A DNA stretch of 64,000 bases from Macrostomum hystrix. Its lineage: Eukaryota; Animalia; Platyhelminthes. The stretch lies in contig CATNEN010000024.1 in the NCBI GenBank assembly GCA_950097015.1, positions 1,922,001 through 1,986,000 on the forward strand, given 5' to 3'. The notes under the pieces were generated by a model. That model saw only the letters and a program-made list of their open reading frames with translations. It was not told the origin of the DNA and did not search any database. The stretch's first letter is position 1. Each line of letters opens with the position of its first letter. The translations under genes were made by a program, and so were the position numbers. Below, in pieces: positions 1 to 11,700 of the stretch.

Positions 1-838
1 GGGGAAAGTGGCCAGGCCACTGAATATGTGTGTCTCCATGCTCACGAAAGCGCAGACCTAAATTTGCTCAATTTCTCTAGCGAAGATCCGGCTCTATGGG
101 AGGATTAGTGAGAATTAATATTACTCTGAATTGAACTGAAACTGAATTCAATTCAACTCAATAGAATGGCTGTCCAGTCACAACTAGTCACAGGTGAAGC
201 ATTGACTGCGGCTCCAGTTCATTATTATGGTCTTTTTTCAATCTCCATGAATGCAACTCCTGTTGACTCTAGCTGGCCGACCTAATTAGTCATAGAATTA
301 ATTTGCAGTTGCTTATTGTGGAAACTATAATTCTGTTTACCCCAAAGACACCGTCGCATGCGGGTAGCGGAGAGGAACATTATGGGTGAGAAGAGTGGAG
401 GAAAGGAGAGCAATCGGGAAAATAGGTGAGAGATGTGAGTACACAGTAGAAGGGGGAGCATTAAAGAACAGTGGACATATTCTCCAAAATGCTGAAACAA
501 TTTGCCAGCAGAGAAGTTGAAGCTTTTGTCGACGTAGGAGGGGAGAGCAAGCCGCTGACAACCTGAATTTTTTGCGTGGGAATGCGGGGAACACATGGTT
601 GAAGCGGATTGTGTCACGTGACAGGAAGTCAGTGAGCAGTGCCAGTGCAGGTGGGGAGGACTTTGGAATGGGACTGATGCTCTCTGCTCTCTTGTCTCTG
701 TTTCCTTTGTTCCTCTGTCCGTAGCCGGTAGCAGCGCAGCGCAGCACTCGCTCCTGTGCTCGGGTGCTCTAGTCCGAGCTGAGGGGCGCGAAATAAAATG
801 CCTGAAAAAATATAGCTCCGCATTCCCCAATTCCCCAG

Positions 839-1036
839 TCTACTACCTGCTCCTGCCCCCACTTGAAGCAGCTCCAACCAGCCCAACCTCCTCCCCACTG
901 CCTGCGCTGCCATTCAGAGTTCCCGCTGGTCCCAGCCAACTGGGTGGCCGGGACGGCCCTGCGCCTGTACCTACCACCGCCTCATTCCTGTTATGTAGTG
1001 CTGGCCGTAATGCACTCTCATTTGGCAGTACCAGCA
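839..1036 (+). CDS. Possible additional upstream exon of a long stomatin isoform (Pro/Ser-rich)
   Basis: TTCCCCAG acceptor at 837-838, open phase-1 to phase-1 frame (YYLLLPPLEAAPTSP...GSTS), A|GTAAGA donor at 1037; joins in frame to 1199. No homology support. Confidence 0.25.
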
Positions 1037-1200
1037 GTAAGAGTTGGATTAAAGCCAGTGTGACAGTCGATCGCTCAAGTCTAACCTACTAAAGAAACTG
1101 TTGGTAGCCTGCAGAGCTGGGCTGCTAGGAGTAAATAGGATTCAGCTGCAATTATCCTATAGTCCACTCAATAATATAGTTCAAAGTTTTCACGCTAGAC

Positions 1201-1306
1201 ATGGCGAGCGTAGAGTCGAGAGATTTGCCGCATCACCCGGTGCCAGTGATGGGCCCAATGCGGGTCGGCAGCATGCGCAAGCAGCAGGGCAGTCCGCGAG
1301 ACTATG
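1201..1306 (+). CDS. Candidate alternative N-terminal exon of the stomatin-like gene (MASVESRDLPHHPVPVMGPMRVGSMRKQQGSPRDY)
   Basis: ATG at 1201 preceded by TTTTCACGCTAG acceptor (1197-1198); G|GTAAG donor at 1307 in phase 1, matching the phase-1 acceptor of stomatin exon 6220. Confidence 0.5.
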
Positions 1307-1439
1307 GTAAGAGCCGCCATGCAGTCTGCTTCATGCGGTGGAGTCCATCTTGGTATTGTTCTGTCTGACCAGATACTTCCGTTACATTCGTTACATTCCA
1401 GCCGATAGTTTAAAATCTTATTCTGGGTAAATACACTCC

Positions 1440-2880
1440 AGCCTCATGCCTAGAAGAGTGTCATCACACCCCAGCCTCTTGTCTAGCAATGCGTCATTAC
1501 ACCCCAGCCTCATGCCTAGCCCAGTGTCATTGGAATCATTACAGCCCAGCCTCTTGTCTAGCAATGCGTCAGTATACCCCAGCCTCGTGCCTAGCCCAGT
1601 GTCATTGGAATCATTACATCCCAGCCTCTTGTCTAGCACAGTGTCATCACACCCCAGCCTCTTGTCTAGCAATGCGTCATTACACCCCAGCCTCATGCCT
1701 AGCCCAGTGTCATTAGAATCATTACATCCCAGCCTCCTGCCTAGCACAGTGTCATTGGAATCATTACATCCCAGCCTCTTGCCTAGCACAGTGTCATCAC
1801 ACCCCAGCCTCTTGTCTAGCAATGCATCATTACACCCCAGCCTCATGCCTAGCCCGGTGTCATTGGAATCATTACATCCCAGCCTCTTGTCTAGCACAGT
1901 GTCATCACACCCCAGCCTCTTGTCTAGCAATGCGTCATTACACCCCAGCCTCATGCCTAGCCCAGTGTCATTGGAATCATTACATCCCAGCCTCTTGCCT
2001 AGCACAGTGTCATTAGAATCATTACATCCCAGCCTCTCGCCTAGCACAGTGTCATTAGAATCATTACATCCCAGCCTCTCGCCTAGCACAGTGTCATTAG
2101 AATCATTACATCCCAGCCTCTCGCCTAGCACAGTGTCATTAGAATCATTACATCCCAGCCTCCTGCCTAGCACAGTGTCATTGGAATCATTACAGCCCAG
2201 CCTCTTGTCTAGCAATGCGTCATTATACCCCAGCCTCATGCCTAGCACAGTGTCATTAGAATCATTACACCCCAGCCTCTTGCCTAGCACAGTGTCATTA
2301 GAATCATTACACCCCAGCCTCCTGCCTAGCACAGTGTCATTAGAATCATTACACCCCAGCCTCTCGCCTAGCACAGTGTCATTAGAATCATTACATCCCA
2401 GTCGCTTGCCTAGCACAGTGTCATTAGAATCATTACACCCCAGCCTCTTGCCTGGCACAGTGTCATTAGAATCATTACATCCCAGCCTCTTGCCTGGCAC
2501 AGTGTCATTAGAATCATTACATCCCAGCCTCTTGCCTGGCACAGTGTCATTAGAATCATTACATCCCAGCCTCTTGCCTGGCACAGTGTCATTAGAATCA
2601 TTACATCCCAGCCTCTTGCCTGGCACAGTGTCATTAGAATCATTACATCCCAGCCTCCCGCCTAGCACAGTGTCATTAGAATCATTACATCCCAGCCTCT
2701 TGCCTGGCACAGTGTCATTAGAATCATTACATCCCAGCCTCTTGCCTGGCACAGTGTCATTAGAATCATTACACCCCAGCCTCTTGCCTGGCACAGTGTC
2801 ATTAGAATCATTACATCCCAGCCTCCCGCCTAGCACAGTGTCATTAGAATCATTACATCCCAGCCTCCTGCCTAGCACTG
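1440..2880. repeat. Minisatellite of 42-bp and 33-bp related units (CACAGTGTCATTAGAATCATTACATCCCAGCCTCTTGCCTAG)
   Basis: Direct tandem repetition; mixed 33/33/42-bp blocks 5', homogeneous 42-bp units 3'; explains the stop-free ORFs on both strands. Confidence 0.95.
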
Positions 2881-3415
2881 CGTAAAACGTGATGTATCAG
2901 AGAAGCTTAAACAGCAAGTCACGTGCTCTCGTAAGTCTCGCACCACACATTTACTGCAATTGAGCAACTCTCATGCGTATTGCATGACAATATGCAGTGA
3001 CGCAAATGCGGCCCAGGTTTTTGTTGCAAAGAAACGCACAAAGTACTGGCGGAAATTTGTCTTTTTTTGTTAACGGGAGACAGCACGCAAACTTCAGGCC
3101 TGATGGGCGTGGCTCTGTCAGCAGAGTTCTTGCAGCTCTACCTGCGCTCAGCAGAGAATCCACTTCAAACAAACAGAAAGAACACTCAGAAGTCCTTTGC
3201 AACTTGTGGCTTTATTACTGAGAAATTTGAAATTCGAAATCGGTGTGGTGCAAGGTCGTGGATTGCTTAACAGTAGAAAGAACACTATATAATCAAATGA
3301 ACAATAGCTGACATGGTTAGGTGATCAAACTTTGTGAGCTGAAAATTATGCCTATACTCGTATTGGGCTTTTGCCACCGGATACCCCGACGAGAATCCTT
3401 GAATATATCAAGAAC

Positions 3416-4095
3416 CCAATTTAGTCCTGACAAACCCCATTTAGTCCTGACAAACACCATTTAGTCCTGCCAAACCCCATTTAGTCCTGCCAAACCCCAT
3501 TTAGTCCTGCCAAACCCCATTTAGTCCTGCCAAACCCCATTTAGTCCTGCCAAACACCATTTAGTCCTGACAAACCCCATTTAGTCCTGCCAAACACCAT
3601 TTAGTCCTGCCAAACCCCATTTAGTCCTGCCAAACCCCATTTAGTCCTGACAAACCCCATTTAGTCCTGCCAAACCCCATTTAGCCCTGACAAACACCAT
3701 TTAGTCCTGACAAACCCCATTTAGTCCTGCCAAACCCCATTTAGTCCTGACAAACACCATTTAGTCCTGCCAAACACCATTTAGTCCTGCCAAACCCCAT
3801 TTAGTCCTGCCAAACCCCATTTAGTCCTGACAAACCCCATTTAGTCCTGCCAAACACCATTTAGTCCTGACAAACACCATTTAGTCCTGCCAAACCCCAT
3901 TTAGTCCTGCCAAACCCCATTTAGTCCTGACAAACACCATTTAGTCCTGACAAACACCATTTAGTCCTGACAAACACCATTTAGTCCTGACAAACACCAT
4001 TTAGTCCTGACAAACACCATTTAGTCCTGACAAACACCATTTAGTCCTGACAAACACCATTTAGTCCTGATGAACCTCATTTAGTACTGACAAAG
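3416..4095. repeat. 20-bp minisatellite (CATTTAGTCCTGACAAACCC)
   Basis: Direct tandem repetition with GA/GC and ACC/CCC variants. Confidence 0.95.
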
Positions 4096-5742
4096 ACTAG
4101 ACTTTAACTTTATGGCAATTTTCTTTTCTGCTACAAAACTGCATTGCTTCGTGGTGCGTGCTTGGTGTCAATAACCTAGCAATGTCGCGCTTGGTAGCTA
4201 AGGGCGACTGTAGAGTTGGGACTGAACTCTGAAACTACACGGACCCACCGTGTTGATTGAGTTGTGAATAATTCAGCTGCAACAATTGGAAGCTCCAATT
4301 CGGATATCCCGCCATGGGATCGGCAAGATTAAAGACAGCGCCTAGTGCATGACTGGCGGGGCTGCCACAGCTCAGAGAGTTTTGTCGCCTATAAAGCCTC
4401 TTGAGAAGCGCTCTCCCCTATCGCCCTATCGCCCTGTTGCCGACCAGCTCTGAACGATTTAGTCCGTCTTTCATAGTAGCGGTATTGTTCCGCTCAAAGT
4501 CACTTTCCAGGAATGTGGACACAGTGGACATAACTGGTTTAGCACAAGCCTTGATACTCACCAGAGTACTAGCTATGCATGTTTTTTTACAATCAGCGAT
4601 TTTATTTTTAGTTAAAACTTATCACTCTTGGAAAATTTGGGAATCACTGTCTCTGAAGTAGATTTCTAAGAAACAATCAGTGTAGGAAAATGGAATAAAA
4701 ACGTTGACTAGCAAGATGGTACTTTAAGTAGAGCGGATGCAAGATCTTTCGTCTCATGTTATCGCTTCTTCATGTATTACGATACTGACAAAGCGTTATT
4801 CGCTGCTTAACTGTTTTCCTGGAAAAAAATGTATAAAACAATGTACGAGTACATTTGCACAGGATTAGTCACAGTTATAATATTTGCTATTATCATATCA
4901 CAAAAAAATGTCATAGTTCTATAATTTTGATTCAATAAACAATGAGCTTGGCCTCAATGGCGCTAGCACAGCCTCTGTTTACTCAACTGCTCGTTGATTG
5001 GAAACAGAGTGTCGCCAAGCAAATCAAGCAATGGACAATCGGCAAAGTCAATTTAGTTTTGATTGACAGACTGAGATTGCGCCGAGTAATAAAATCTTAT
5101 TGTACTACTGCGAGTAGAATGACACGCTCAGATAGATCTTTCCTTATGGACCCATGCAGGGCCTAGAAATGTGCTCTATGCTCTGAAACTAGTTTCGAAG
5201 GTGATAGATTAAGACTTCTTTGACAGAGTTTAATAGAGTGTCATTACAATCCTTTTTTCTTTTTTAACTTAGTTCGTTGTGTTAGTTGACGTCATAGATG
5301 CAGGTGATGGTGGATCCAATTGTCAAGCTATAAACAACATTCTGATACTAAATATTTGTTGACTTTTCTACAAAATTTCCTGGGCTCAATGAAAATGATC
5401 ACATATAGACAACTGAAGCAAGCACGCTTGCCGATTCCTGGATAGGAAAATAAAATAGTTTTTGCTAAACAGTTTTTGTACCACTCATTGCCGCAGCAAT
5501 AGCGTCTGGGAGAATTGGGTCACGACAGACTGGCCAATCCCTGGGTAGTGAGTTCTGCCCTCTTTACCCCGTCGTTCACTCACCAATGGGCTTCTCTCGC
5601 CCAGTTGCTTAAAAAAAGCCTAAAGCCCTTTATTCCACAATTAACCTAAGCCTGTCAACAGCTTTCGGTATTAGAGAGGCTGAAAACTCTTTGACAAATT
5701 CGAGAATTCAACAGTCCTGGCTAAAACGCAGCCCAGTAGGAA

Positions 5743-8700
5743 ATGCACGCCGCAGCCATGAAGTCGCGAGACCGGCTTCCCACATCCGGACCACTCAGCG
5801 ATCCCAGTGAGTGCATTGTCTTAGCCGCTTAGTCAGAAATACGATTGGGCCATAGACAAAATATAATTGATGAGCCATCGCCGCAATACATTTTACGCTC
5901 GTAGCTTAAAATCTGAATTTCACTTTTTTCCATGAATCGACATACTACAGTTATTCTACTCTAGTTGTCCTTGTTATCTTTACCCTAATTTAAGAGTGCA
6001 AATACAAAATTCAACAATTTATACACGAATTGACAGTGTAACTTCATTCTAGTCTAGTTTTCCTTATTATCTTTAAACTAATTTAAGAGTGCAAATACAA
6101 ATGTCAATAATTTTTTACGAACTTGCAGTCTAGCGTCCTTCTAGTCTAGTTGTCCTTATTATTTTTACGCTAATTAGAGAGTGCAAATACAAATATCAAC
6201 AATTTATTCCCAATCGCAGGCCAGCAGCGGGACACCCAGGGCATGGGCTTGTGTAGCGGCGTGCTCATATTATTGTCCTACGTGCTTATCTTCCTGACTC
6301 TGCCGTTCTCACTGTGCCTCTGCATTAAGGTAAGAGTTGACTCACATTTCAGTTCGTACTCTATTTAGAAAAAAACTGAAAAAAACGTTGTTTTATTGGT
6401 CCTGATTGCTATGTTTTTTGTTTAAAGAGCGGAGAGTGCCGTTTAATCCTTAAAATCGCAAAAGAAGTACAAGAGACAGAGAGCCAGGGAGAGAGCAATT
6501 GGGGTACAGAGCCGCAACCTACGGAGGTCTTGATACGTCGTACGCATTAGCGTCGCATGGGGATCAGCCGGCTGCCAAATAGGTAGGCGGTGCTGTCTTA
6601 GTGGACCAGATGTTCAGCTAGTGGCATCAATTGCGTGGTTGTTCAGTCCATCATCAGCCTGCCCACAATCACTTGCGTCTTGCTCAAATAATTAAGTTGT
6701 TTCCCATTGGCTAAGCTTCGAACTCCTGACCTCTCGGTTTGTAGTCTGAAGTTCTAACAATTGACATAAAACGTCCCCTCAGATAAGAGGGATTGACTGA
6801 AATTACGGTATTAGCCAATTAAAAATCTCAGTTCTTTAACCAAAACCGTAGGAGGGGTTAACGAGTGGAGCAGAAATGTTTAAGACTTACGCACTAAACT
6901 CCCTTAGTGAGTTGTGCAGTGCCCTAACGAACATGACACTGCCAAATGATACTAAAATTAGAGTATAATGGTCTAATGCAGGGGTCGGCAAAATCCGGCC
7001 CGCGGGCCAGATGCGGCCCTCGAAGCTCCCAAATCTGGCCCGTGGCCCCTTCCAACACCTATAGGATCCTGTCTCATCTCTCTCATCTGGAGATGGAGAG
7101 TCTCATCCTCTTCTCGGTCTTATCTCTCCCGTGCTTCATGTTTCCCGTCTCAATTCTCAATTTCTCATCTCTTCTCTGTCTCATCTCTCCCCTATCTATT
7201 CTATCCCCTGTCTCATCACTTCTCCGTCTCATCTCTCCCCTATCTCATCTATCCTGTGTCTCATCTCTCATATTCCTACAGTTATTGCGTCCCGCTGTCA
7301 TCTTTTAGGTTCTCTCCCTGGCCCATACGCTAATAAGTTTGCAGACCCATGGTCTAATGGTCTCATGATCTAATGGGCAGAGTTGCCTCAATTGTCACTA
7401 GACGATGCAGACGCATAAAACTTTGCGAATTTTTACCACCGAGCACACCTTCGGAACGCAGGTGGTGGCCGAATACGAGCGAGCTGTGATCTTCCGCCTG
7501 GGTCGCATTCTGGAAGGCGGCGCAAAGGGCCCCGGTCTGTTCTTCATCGTTCCCTGCATGGACGTCATTCGCAAAGTGGACCTCCGCACCGTCACCTTTG
7601 ATGTGCCGCCGCAGGAGGTGAGTAGGATGGCTTGGCTGTATACGATACGAGCGTAGTATTATCATTATCATCTTAGACCTAATGATGCACAGTGATAAAC
7701 TTAACTAACAATTATACTTTCAATGCAAATGAAATACAAGCCTACGGGACTTATTAACAAGATGGTTTGAGCAGTGGGCGCTCTCAGCACAACTTTCAAA
7801 TGGAATTGTCCAAACAGTTAAATAAGGCTTGATCTGCTCATGGGTGACCGTTTGAGCGACGTTTGAGGGCAGAAAGACATCTCTGGGATTTCTCAACGGA
7901 GTCTGCCGCAGCCAGACTGAGGCTGCGGTGACTGATTGAATTTCTCAGGGCATTGTTTCCAGGCTTGCAGTCTCCGGGCCTCTCAAATTGAAAATCTGGC
8001 AGCCTCTGGGAATTGGGGGCGCGGGGAATCCGACGGAGAAGCCCCGCGAGTTTGCCAGGCTTCACCTTCTTGCGTGCGGCAGTCAGTAGCGATTTTTTTC
8101 TTCACAATTTTTAATCAATCCCCACACAGACCGCGGCGAGTCAGGGGGCTTGTGAGGGGGGCGTTGATGTGGGGGTGAGACCTGCAAAGCGTTTGGCTCG
8201 CTCATTAATTAGCCCGGAGAGGAGTTTTTGAGCACTTCAGGTGAGTAAGAATTCATTTTCGACCGAGTGGTACAGAGTCCCACACGCAGATTTCTTGCAT
8301 AAGCAATGAGGCCCCTCCAGTCGTTCTGAGTAAGATGAGATGGAGAATTCACTGAGGATTCCGCAGCGCAAAACCTACCCGATCCCAGATGTCCGACAAA
8401 AATGGAGCATCGAATTTGGTAAATTTCGACAAGTTAGTCCGCGATTAAGCTGATAGTTTCACCAGGTCTTTTCAACAGTGTGTTGCATCACAGACACTCG
8501 AGTGAAGTTTGAGTGACCCCATGTCTGCCTACGCACACTGCTCCAACACAATGTAACATGTACTGATGGAACATAATGTGTGTACTTTTATTACGAACAT
8601 ACTCTTCACTGTGTAAATGAGGAGGGTGTTGATGTTTGATTTGTGACCGGACAAGCTGACAATGTGTGAAGCGTGCAAACACAAGTATTGAGAACGGTTG

Positions 8701-11700
8701 GGCTACTTTTAGGGCTGGAAGAAAGACAATGGTCTTCTTTTCGGATCGGATAATAGAGCAATTTTTTTATACGACAGGACAGCTAGAACAATTTGTGAGC
8801 ATGACAACCACCTGGAGTGTTTCGCACAGGTTATCTTATTAAAAATCCAAACCATTAGTAAAAAGCACTAAAGAGCTTTGTCCGCATTGCAACCAGCACC
8901 ACTAGATTTCAGCACAGTTGAGGGCAGACATTGTCCCACGCAGACACAAAGTTGTTACTTTATAAAATCCAAACATGGGACTCGCTCTACAAGAGCTTTG
9001 CGCACCGAAATTTAGCATTTTCTCGGCTCAATAGTGCAAAGAGGACGGCGTGAGCCACTGATAAGCAAGCTCGGTACCGGATGAAAATTCCTGTCCGCCC
9101 TGTCGCTATCGCTATCCCCATCTCTCAGGTTCAATCTCCGAAATCTCAATCCCAATTACCGCCTCACCCTAGCTCTCAGCCGCGCTCCCTGCTCACGCCT
9201 CTGCGAGCAGAGTCACCCTCCCGCCGGCCCACCTTGCTGCCGCTTAATCCCCAGCGGAATTATCCATCCATTCCCAATTCCAATCGGGGCGGGGGCAGAA
9301 ACACCGGGAGCGGCCCATTAATCCGGTCAGGCTAGTCCCGAGCCTTGCAGCGCCGCGTTGTCAAACAGGTTCATCTAGCACGGACACAGGCTTGCCGGCG
9401 TCTGCTGGGGATGACAGACCAAAGAGGGTAGAAGGACAAAAGAAGACAATTGGATTGGGTCGCAAGTGTTCATTTTGCCGTGACATTTTATCAATGATGT
9501 CTTTTTATTTTTTTTCGGGACACCGGAAACGGTGTTTCTGTTTTCGCACACTTCCACCAGAGGTTTGATATGCGCATGTTAGCGCGCGTGACAGCCGCTG
9601 CTTGCTGAGCGCTCCAGGACTTTGTAGCTGTACTATGAACTAAAATTTAGTTATAATTGCAGTTATACAAATCATATATATTTCCAATGCCGCGAGTTCA
9701 GGTGCTGACGAAAGACTCCGTGACTGTAGCCGTAGACGCTGTGGTGTACTACCGCATCTACAATCCGGTCATCGCCGTCACCAATGTGGAAGACGCAGAT
9801 CGATCCACTCGCCTGTTGGCTGCCACCACCCTGCGAAACGTTCTGGGCACGAAGAACCTGTCCGAGATCCTGTCCGAGCGGGAGAGCATCAGCAACATGA
9901 TGCAGGCGAGTTCTCTTACCTGGGGGATGCTTTTAGGTTAATTTGGCGTGAAGGATGCTCATGAACATGTGTACCAGTATTACATTTCACAATGGGAACG
10001 AACAAAGCTAGCTAAGAAAGCCCAAAATGAACTTAGTGTCATTTTCGAAGTTTCGAAGCCAGTGCCTACAAAACCTTTCGTATCGAAAGCTACTTGACTT
10101 AGCGGCAGGGAGCCTCCATGACGGACGCAGCGAGGAGGCGGCCGATGCCGCCCTTATCGCTAACCCCTGGCAGGTATCGAAAGCTAACTTTGAATAATAA
10201 GTTTTTGTGCCTCCGCTACTGTTAGCGAGTCTCTTTGTCTTGTTCTTGTTTATTCATTTGTTGCTACGAATATCTTTCTCTGGACTCCCAAAGCCTTGTT
10301 TCTTCTAGTGAATTTAGGTCAAAGCTTAAGCTTGTCTACTCGGTCTAACGATAACAGACTGCAAGCAAGTGCCGTCGGACCAAATTTGTAGCTGTTCTGT
10401 GGCCAGCAGGAATTCGGCCAAAAAGCATGAACTGAATACTGGGACAACTAAACCACAAGACCAGGCAGTGGGGCTGCGATATAGGGAGCAGGGGTGGACT
10501 AAGCTTGTCGCTACAGAAGTGACAGCGGTCGGAGGGCTTGTCGACTATCTGGGGGGCGTCAGTTGATGCCACAAAGAGAGCGTTCTAGGCTGCTAACTAG
10601 CAGATGCGTGACTCGCGCATCAGTGCAAACACATGGGCGCTGCTCCAGTGTGTAGGACTTGCCGTTTACCCGCCTCTGTTTGTTTCACAGCATGTGGCTC
10701 AGTATGATGGGGCAGTGCTGAGGGATCGCCTTTTTGCCCCAACTCTCCATCTATCTGGCTCCACTCTGAATAAATTCTCTTCCATCATAAATGATTTTGG
10801 AGTCATGAAAGCTTCTGCAAAATATGTGTTCCCTACGCGATATTTCTCTTCCGCTTTCTCATCGTCTCCTGTGTGAGCGCCTCCATCATCTCTGCTTACT
10901 CAGGCTATGTAGCTAAAGCATTGTTGTGTAGCCAAATGGACAGTCTACATTGGCTTTGAGCCAGGACCCCGTGGTCATGTCATTCGAAGTCCCTTCTGAC
11001 TGACAGCTTTTATTCAGCTGACGCGCTGTTCTGACAGCCTCCTTCTAAGCCTCGTGAGAGCTCCTCAAGTGTGGGTCTCTGCTTCTCTACTTACTTCTCA
11101 CTCTCTAGCTGTCTCCGGCATTATAGCTGCAGCAACAAATGTTGGATATCTTTTAAAATCGATACGTTTGCAGCTACGTTTGGTAGGTAGAACAAAGTTA
11201 AAACCTGCTTAAGTAACCAGTCTCCACTTTCAATTTCCTGAGCTGTCGGGGGTACCATCTAAAGCATATTGCTTTCCAATCTTCTCGCGGCGAAGCTGTC
11301 AGGAAATTTGTTGTCAAACAGAGTTAAATATTTTTGAGAGCCCTTCTATGATTCAGCTTCTTCTAGCTCTGAGCGCTGGCTGACAGCTGTTGCTAATTTC
11401 CTGTGGCTCTCGATACATGCTCAGTTATGTCCTTGCCATTTTGTTCGGAATGCAACTTGCAAAAAGAAAAGCTTTTTTACGAGTACAGAAAATTTTTAAT
11501 GCTTGTTATATTGCACCTAGGCACTAAATGATTACTGGAGTTTCACGAGGTTCATGTGAGTGCTTCCCAGGCGTGAAATTTCATGTCAGTAGATCACTCC
11601 ACTGAACCTGTGGCTGGTCAGTCTGTTGGCTTATCGCGCAAATCTCGAATTCGGGGACTTAGCCAGTTGACAGTATATATTAGAGGTGAGACTAGAAATC

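Noticed and set aside
282-913. Minus-strand ORFs of 94-182 aa
   Set aside because: Overlapping frames over low-complexity purine/pyrimidine-skewed DNA with no recognisable domain.
1418-2885. 479-aa and 486-aa ORFs on opposite strands (mucin-like on +)
   Set aside because: Both are stop-free readings of the 42/33-bp minisatellite; there is no signal peptide or flanking gene structure, and the region is probably intronic to the long stomatin isoform.
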